NCBI GenBank assembly: GCA_937129365.1
Contig: CAKZNB010000049.1
Span: 133,498 to 197,497, forward strand
DNA from: an uncultured Flavobacteriales bacterium
GTDB lineage: Bacteria > Bacteroidota > Bacteroidia > Flavobacteriales_D > CAJJDF01
Reading direction: 5' to 3'
DNA: 64,000 bases
Notes under the pieces: model-generated
Told to the model about the DNA's origin: nothing
The model's database searches: none
Seen by the model: only the letters and a program-made list of their open reading frames with translations
In this document: positions 28,858-34,136 of the stretch, piece after piece
Position numbering within the stretch: position 1 is the first letter of the stretch
How the letters are laid out: each line of letters begins with the position of its first letter
Position numbers and translations under genes: made by a program

Positions 28858-29934
28858 CTAAAGTACTTTTTTCGTTAATATTGTATATAATCTATGGTTG
28901 ATGTAATAATTTCCTGTTCCTAATTTCTGTTTTATTAGGATTCCATCTTTCGATAATCTATTCAAATAGTTTCCTGCTGTTATTCTTGATACTCCTAAAT
29001 CTCTTTCTATAAATTCAATTTTAGTGTATGGATGTTGAAATAAATTATTCAATAAATCTTGACTATAAAATTTATAATTATCTCTAATTAAGTGTTTGTA
29101 CTCAAGCATTAGAACTTGAATTTCTTTAATTAATATAATTGTTTGTTTAGCAGTTTGTTCAACTGCTTTGATGATATAAATTAACCAATTTTCCCAATTA
29201 TCTGTAATTCTAACTTCTTGTAATAATTCGTAGTATTTCACCTTATTTTGAATAATGTATCGACTCAGGTAAAGTATTGGTAAGTCTAGTAAATCTTTCA
29301 TTACAAGGTATAGTACATTAATTATTCTTCCTGTTCTTCCGTTTCCGTCATAAAATGGATGAATACTCTCAAATTGAAAGTGAATAATAGCCATTTTAAC
29401 AATTGGGTCAAAATCAGATAAATCATCATCATTGATGAATGTTTCAAGATTAGACATTAAGTTCTTAATAGTGTCATAGTCTTGAGGAGGAGTGTATACA
29501 ACTTCTCCCGTTGTTGCATTTTTTAAAGCAGTACCTGGAACTTTTCTAAATCCAGCATTGTTTTTTTCAAGCTCAGATTGAATTTGAATTATATCGTTGT
29601 TTGTTAATATATTTCTCTTGGAGATTAATGAGTAGCCAGTTTTTAATGCTGATATATAATTTTGAACCTCTTTAGCATCCAATGACTTCAATCCATCTAA
29701 GTTTAATTCAGCTTTGTAAAGATCATCGTGAGTTGTAATGATGTTTTCAATTTCAGAACTATCTTTAGCTTCCTGAAGTCCTAAAGTATTGATTAGTATA
29801 CTCTCGTTAGGAATACTTGAAACTAAACCTTTTAATTCGGCTAGTGCTCTGTGAGCTTCGTTAAGCTTTTTTAAAACACGTTTTGTTTCAATATCTTTTG
29901 TAAGAGGTAATTTTTCAAGCTTGAAATTATTCAT
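28858..29934 (-). CDS. Fic-family protein (AMPylase-type, N-terminal inhibitory helix, C-terminal winged helix)
   Basis: 358 aa. Catalytic HPFYDGNGRTGR, N-terminal SSEIEN matching the (S/T)xxxE(G/N) auto-inhibition motif, C-terminal GVSRITAGNYLNRLSKDGIL wHTH. Confidence 0.92.
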   Translation of the reverse strand: MNNFKLEKLPLTKDIETKRVLKKLNEAHRALAELKGLVSSIPNESILINTLGLQEAKDSSEIENIITTHDDLYKAELNLDGLKSLDAKEVQNYISALKTGYSLISKRNILTNNDIIQIQSELEKNNAGFRKVPGTALKNATTGEVVYTPPQDYDTIKNLMSNLETFINDDDLSDFDPIVKMAIIHFQFESIHPFYDGNGRTGRIINVLYLVMKDLLDLPILYLSRYIIQNKVKYYELLQEVRITDNWENWLIYIIKAVEQTAKQTIILIKEIQVLMLEYKHLIRDNYKFYSQDLLNNLFQHPYTKIEFIERDLGVSRITAGNYLNRLSKDGILIKQKLGTGNYYINHRLYTILTKKVL

Positions 29935-29936
29935 AA

Positions 29937-30056
29937 TGATAAGAAAATCTATTTTTCTTTACAAAGATAGTTCTTTTGATAAGAAATATTAATTTTCTTT
30001 ACATATAAAATATATGTGATAAGATTTTAAGTTAATCTTTACATTCAATTTTTCTA
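29937..30056. repeat. Three exactly phased 40-bp direct repeats (iteron/operator-like) abutting the Fic start codon
   Basis: Units are 29937-76, 29977-30016 and 30017-56. Each is TGAT-AAGAxx-N7-xxTCTT-TACA on the + strand. The inner 6-N7-6 inverted repeat is kept by paired changes in unit 3 (AAGATT/AATCTT versus AAGAAA/TTTCTT). Confidence 0.8.
29962..29969 (-). promoter_or_regulatory. Candidate -7 box TATCTTTG (TAnnTTTG) for the Fic gene, inside repeat unit 1
   Basis: Exact consensus match on the minus strand about 28 nt upstream of the Fic ATG. Confidence 0.35.
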
Positions 30057-30075
30057 GGGTGCTTCCGTATTTTAG

Positions 30076-30272
30076 CTAACGTCTCGGCTATGATTAGTAC
30101 GGGAATTAAAAGTAGTGAACTTTCGATTAAGCACTTAGCCAAAACTTTTTATTTTGTTTTAATTTTTTCATTTTAAAAGCCAAATCAAAAGATTTGGCGG
30201 ACATTATAAAAACACACTAAACTTTGGATTAAACACTAAAACCCGTATTAATTATAGCCATTGTTGTGTGTA
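30076..30272. repeat. attC-like structured palindrome, element B (~195 bp)
   Basis: + strand CTAAC(30076-80)...GTTGTGTGTA(30263-72). Same stem architecture as element A but with different stem sequences. Same core hairpin GCCAAATC-N4-GATTTGGC followed by GGAC. Confidence 0.6.
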
Positions 30273-30276
30273 GTAC

Positions 30277-31695
30277 TTAGTCTTTACCTTTAATTATTCT
30301 AACATCATCTTGATAGTTATATCTAATAGCACCTTTTTCCAGTTTCATACCTTGGTTTCCAGTTATATCATCTGTAATTGGCCCAACATTATGCAACATA
30401 AAATCGAGATGATTGTATCTTTCGTTTGCAACAAGATTTGAGAAATTTATTTCATCAGAATAAAATCTTTGATTAGAACTTGTCTTTATCTCAATAACAC
30501 CAAAGGTATCTAAACTTGTGTTTTTGAATTCATAATCGTGTTCCCAAAAATAAGTTCCACCTTTTTCCATATGAAGTTTTCCACCTGATTTGCCATCCTT
30601 TCTTTTTGGAAAGCAGATAAATTTTGTTCCTACTTTCTGAGTTTGATTTGGTTTAATACACAAAGGGAATTCTGTATCTGCGTAAAGACTTTCTATCGGA
30701 AAGAAAAATACTAATTGCTTTGAAGTTAGTACTTCTATACTTTCTATATAAACATTCTGCTTACCATCATTAATAATGCTGATTTCGATTATAGGTTCAG
30801 TTATTTTTTGTTTTTTTCTATTCAGTAGTAAATCAATTTTCTTAGGTTCTTTAAACCAATGAAATTTATTTTTGTGTTCAAAGATTTGATGTCTTAAAAT
30901 AATTTTGTCTTTATTATTTATGGGTATCTTTTCTGAGTTTTCCTCTACATTAATAAAAATCTCCTGTGTTACAGTTAAACCGTTATGGTCTTTGAACTCC
31001 TTAAGATAATTAGAAAAAGGTGGTAATTCTGGACTTAATGTATTCAACATAGCAGACAACAACATCGCAATCTCGAAATTATTTTCTTGTGAAATAGATT
31101 CATAATAAAATGAAGATTTTGCTAATTGTCTTGATTCTTGAAAGGCATAATTACGTTTTGTATGACTCCAGTATCCTTTTCCAATGACAAGTAAGACATC
31201 AATAGCTGGATGAGTATGAAATTCCGAATCATATTTTTTTATACGTTCTATTTCATTCTCTTTTGTCATATCGGATGCATAGGCAAAAAGAACTCTAATC
31301 GGTCTTTTTTGACCTTTGGAATCAAACTTTTTAAGAAGGTTAAATTTCTTAATAGTACTTTTTATTTCCGTTGCGTTTATTGTTGATTTTACTTCAAAAG
31401 CGTAGCGACAACTTTCAATGGGAAAAACTCCAACATTTGAGCTTAACATAGCTTTAGGAAGTGAATCCTCGTTATATATAATTAAATCTGTTTCTGCTGA
31501 TAAACTTCCATTGCCATCGGCAATTTTTCCATTTCCTATATTCCATTTGCGAGGAAGGTATTTTAAGAAAAAGTCACTTAGATGTTCTTCTTTAACTTTT
31601 CCTTTAAGCCCATCGTGTTCTATTGAAGAACCTAAATTAGCAGATTCTACTAAAGTATTTATGTTGTTCAATAAGACTTTTAATACAGGTGTCAT
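30277..31695 (-). CDS. Hypothetical protein with N-terminal PD-(D/E)xK nuclease-like domain (DUF6602-like) and unknown C-terminal domain
   Basis: 472 aa. D70 (ETDLIIY) ... E101-V-K103 (AFEVKS) spacing typical of the restriction-endonuclease fold. The C-terminal ~240 aa have no motif I recognise. Confidence 0.6.
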   Translation of the reverse strand: MTPVLKVLLNNINTLVESANLGSSIEHDGLKGKVKEEHLSDFFLKYLPRKWNIGNGKIADGNGSLSAETDLIIYNEDSLPKAMLSSNVGVFPIESCRYAFEVKSTINATEIKSTIKKFNLLKKFDSKGQKRPIRVLFAYASDMTKENEIERIKKYDSEFHTHPAIDVLLVIGKGYWSHTKRNYAFQESRQLAKSSFYYESISQENNFEIAMLLSAMLNTLSPELPPFSNYLKEFKDHNGLTVTQEIFINVEENSEKIPINNKDKIILRHQIFEHKNKFHWFKEPKKIDLLLNRKKQKITEPIIEISIINDGKQNVYIESIEVLTSKQLVFFFPIESLYADTEFPLCIKPNQTQKVGTKFICFPKRKDGKSGGKLHMEKGGTYFWEHDYEFKNTSLDTFGVIEIKTSSNQRFYSDEINFSNLVANERYNHLDFMLHNVGPITDDITGNQGMKLEKGAIRYNYQDDVRIIKGKD

Positions 31696-31887
31696 TATTT
31701 TTGATGTTCGTTTGGTGTATTACACACAACTTGTTTGTATGCGGAAGTTAAGAAAAATACTTTGTAATTAGCTAGTACACATGGTGTAATATATGTTTTT
31801 ATTTATTTTTTAGTACATTTGATAGGTGCTGATTAGCGCACTCAATCGGATGTAAACGTCACCTTTATGAAAATAGAAAATTATTTA

Positions 31888-32412
31888 TCAATCTTTTTTC
31901 TTCCTTTTCCTCCATTTAAAATTTCGGTTGTTTATCAGAACTAATCTAAGTGAAACAAAAAGAGTGTTGGTGTTTTTAAAGGTATCAAAAGGGGTTAGAA
32001 TATTATACCCAATCTGTAGGTGAGCCAAAGAAATTTTGTACCCAATGGTAGGGGAAAGCCCAATTCGATTTTGGTCAAAGTTGGATTTAAACACCAAGTT
32101 TCCTCCGTAGGTTAAATCTAACCTGCCTTTCTTTTGCCAATACCCAGCCGAAAATCCCAAAATGTTTTCTGTAAGGTTGTAATCAAAACCTACATTAAAA
32201 GCATGAGTTGTAGGTTTTATCAATTTCACTGCCTTTCTCTGAAACTCATAACCTAATTCTAAGTTATTGTATTTTCCTCTTTGTAACCCAATGTAAGGAC
32301 CACTTTTGGTGATTTTTACCAAGGGGTCTTTTTTGTATAAACTAGCTTCTAACCCTTGAGAAAAAGAATTAGTGCCGAGTATAGCTAAACAGATAAAAAA
32401 GAAAATTCTCAT
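31888..32412 (-). CDS. Hypothetical outer-membrane beta-barrel-like protein
   Basis: 174 aa, signal peptide, alternating beta-strand pattern, basic C-terminal tail. Confidence 0.5.
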   Translation of the reverse strand: MRIFFFICLAILGTNSFSQGLEASLYKKDPLVKITKSGPYIGLQRGKYNNLELGYEFQRKAVKLIKPTTHAFNVGFDYNLTENILGFSAGYWQKKGRLDLTYGGNLVFKSNFDQNRIGLSPTIGYKISLAHLQIGYNILTPFDTFKNTNTLFVSLRLVLINNRNFKWRKRKKKD

Positions 32413-32505
32413 AAAGTGAAATTACTGAAACTGTGTATTTGTAAACGGTAAATTTAGTTGTTATATTTATTGTTCATTAAATAATTAACCTAAAAACAAC
32501 AAATT

Positions 32506-32709
32506 ATGGCAATTTTAAAAGTAATAGAAGTATTAGCAAATTCAGAAAAAAGCTGGGAAGATGCAACCAGAAAAGCAGTAAAAGAGGCTTCAAAAACAGT
32601 AAAAAACATCTCATCAGTATATGTGCAAGAACAAAGTGCAGTAGTAGAAGGAGGTGAGGTAAGTGAATTTAGAGTAAATGTGAAAATTACCTTTGCGGTG
32701 TACAAGTAA
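32506..32709 (+). CDS. Dodecin-family flavin-binding protein
   Basis: 67 aa. VIEVLANSEKSWEDATRKAVKEASKTVKNI ... FRVNVKITF pattern of dodecins. The antisense ORF 32490..32705 is a shadow. Confidence 0.8.
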   Translation: MAILKVIEVLANSEKSWEDATRKAVKEASKTVKNISSVYVQEQSAVVEGGEVSEFRVNVKITFAVYK

Positions 32710-32787
32710 TTTAAACTTCTATTTTATTTTGAAAAGCTTTAAGATTTATTCTTAAAGCTTTTTCTATTTATTCCTTACTTTTGTACC

Positions 32788-33465
32788 ATGCGCATAGATA
32801 TTCTAACGATACTGCCACAATTACTTGAAAGTCCATTTTCGGATTCTATACTCAAACGAGCTCAAAACAAAGGATTGGTTGAATTACACCTGCATGATTT
32901 GAGGAGTTACTCAACCAACAAACACAAAAAAGTGGATGATTATGCTTTTGGTGGTGGAGCAGGCATGGTAATGACTATTCAGCCAATTGCCGATTGTATT
33001 GAAAAACTGAAATCTGAGAGAGAGTATGACGAAATTATGTACATGACTCCTGATGGGGAAGTGTGGAATCAACAAACTGCCAACACAATGTCTATGTATA
33101 ACAATGTGATGTTACTTTGTGGACACTATAAAGGGATTGATGAGAGAATAAGAGAGAAATACATTACGAAAGAAGTTTCTATTGGGGATTATGTACTTTC
33201 TGGTGGAGAATTAGCAGCAGCAGTAGTTTCCGATTCATTGATTCGATTGATACCAGGAGTTTTGAATGATGAGACCTCTGCATTGACTGATTCATTTCAA
33301 GATAATCTGTTGGCACCACCAGTTTACACTCGTCCAGCTAATTATGAGGGTATGGAAGTGCCATCAGTATTGCTTTCTGGGAATTTTAAGGAGATCGAAA
33401 AATGGCGAAATAAAAAGGCTCTGGAACGTACTAAAACCCGTAGGCCAGACATTTTGGAGGATTGA
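32788..33465 (+). CDS. trmD: tRNA (guanine37-N1)-methyltransferase TrmD
   Basis: 225 aa. MRIDILTI start, SPOUT knot motifs ([21 protein letters not shown]). Confidence 0.95.
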   Translation: MRIDILTILPQLLESPFSDSILKRAQNKGLVELHLHDLRSYSTNKHKKVDDYAFGGGAGMVMTIQPIADCIEKLKSEREYDEIMYMTPDGEVWNQQTANTMSMYNNVMLLCGHYKGIDERIREKYITKEVSIGDYVLSGGELAAAVVSDSLIRLIPGVLNDETSALTDSFQDNLLAPPVYTRPANYEGMEVPSVLLSGNFKEIEKWRNKKALERTKTRRPDILED

Positions 33466-33578
33466 TTTTAGAAAAACTTCAAAAAAATAAGAAAAAAACG
33501 TATATTGTATAGCTTATTTACAAAATAATATTTGTAATATTGCAGTCCGAAAATTGAGGAGATAAACACAATATAGTT

Positions 33579-33935
33579 ATGAATTTAGTTAACGATTTAC
33601 ACAAAGAATTAGGAACGGCTCACAATCTACCAGAATTTAGCTCTGGAGATACTATTGCTGTAACATATAAAATTAAAGAAGGAGACAAAGAAAGACTTCA
33701 GGTTTTTCAAGGAATTGTTATCCAAAAAAGAGGAGGAAATAATACACCTACTGAAACATTTACCGTAAGAAAAATGTCAGGAACTGTAGGAGTAGAAAGA
33801 ATTTTCCCGATGGCTTCTCCACTTATTGAAGAAGTGAAAGTGTTGAAGAAAGGTAAAGTAAGAAGATCAAGAATTTTTTACCAAAGAGAGAGAACAGGAA
33901 AATCAGCTAGAATTAAAGAAAAAAAGAGATTTTAG
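33579..33935 (+). CDS. rplS: 50S ribosomal protein L19
   Basis: 118 aa. FSSGDTIAV ... [11 protein letters not shown] ... VRRSRIFY. Classic trmD-rplS synteny. Confidence 0.95.
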   Translation: MNLVNDLHKELGTAHNLPEFSSGDTIAVTYKIKEGDKERLQVFQGIVIQKRGGNNTPTETFTVRKMSGTVGVERIFPMASPLIEEVKVLKKGKVRRSRIFYQRERTGKSARIKEKKRF

Positions 33936-33968
33936 TATTTCATATATTTTAATTTCAATCAAGAAAAG

Positions 33969-34003
33969 ACCTCATTCCGTAAGACTCGGAGTGAGGTTTT
34001 TTT
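33969..34003 (+). terminator. Intrinsic terminator after rplS
   Basis: ACCTCATTCCG-TAAGACT-CGGAGTGAGGT (11-bp stem with one G-U) followed by T7. Confidence 0.85.
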
Positions 34004-34047
34004 ATGACCGTTCGTGTAATTTTTCTTATTGATTAAACTTTTTGAAA

Positions 34048-34055
34048 TACTTTTG
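34048..34055 (+). promoter_or_regulatory. Candidate -7 box TACTTTTG with TTG at 34029-31, upstream of the OM barrel gene
   Basis: Exact TAnnTTTG match. A TTG lies 16 nt upstream. 82 nt before the ATG. Confidence 0.35.
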
Positions 34056-34136
34056 TCTAAGTTTCATAATCAAAGTAAAGGAACTAAAAAAGTAAATCGT
34101 CAAACAGGCAATTTACAAAACAATAATTAAATAGAG

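Larger units (their letters stand above)
28009..31730 (-). mobile_element. Putative integron-type cassette array lacking an integrase in the window (CALIN-like); three cassettes at 30080-31729, 28670-30079 and 28009-28669
   Basis: Each ORF is followed by an AAC...GTT palindrome. The core after each G|TT is complementary to the palindrome start at the 3' end of the same gene (10/10, 7/7, 6/6). The insert is flanked by core genes. Confidence 0.45.

Noticed and set aside
29937-30056. Whether the three 40-bp repeats are a mini-CRISPR array or a type III toxin-antitoxin RNA repeat.
   Set aside because: The units are contiguous with no spacers and no cas genes, so this is not CRISPR. The units are only about 60-70 percent identical, and the Fic protein has its own in-cis inhibitory motif. 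A ToxI-like antitoxin is therefore unlikely, though it is kept as a minor alternative in the finding.
30089-30175. 28-codon ORF inside element B (+ strand, ATGATTAGTACGGGA...).
   Set aside because: It has no counterpart in element A and lies within the paired stem and core region, so it is almost certainly not coding.
28666-30272. Elements A and B as a retron msr/msd or as terminal inverted repeats of a transposon.
   Set aside because: No reverse transcriptase or transposase lies in or near the block. Transposon terminal repeats would be conserved in sequence between copies, whereas here the stems differ and only the structure is kept.
31418-31771. 117-aa plus-strand ORF.
   Set aside because: It is antisense to the 5' part of the 472-aa gene and extends into its upstream region. 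The translation is composition-driven.
32490-32705. 71-aa minus-strand ORF.
   Set aside because: It is an exact antisense shadow of the dodecin gene, which has a clear family signature.
33466-33578. Possible rplS leader or promoter palindrome TTACAAAATAATATTTGTAA.
   Set aside because: It is a short AT-only palindrome. The nearest -7-like box (AATATTTG) misses the consensus by one base, and I know of no L19 leader in this phylum. The support is too weak to call.
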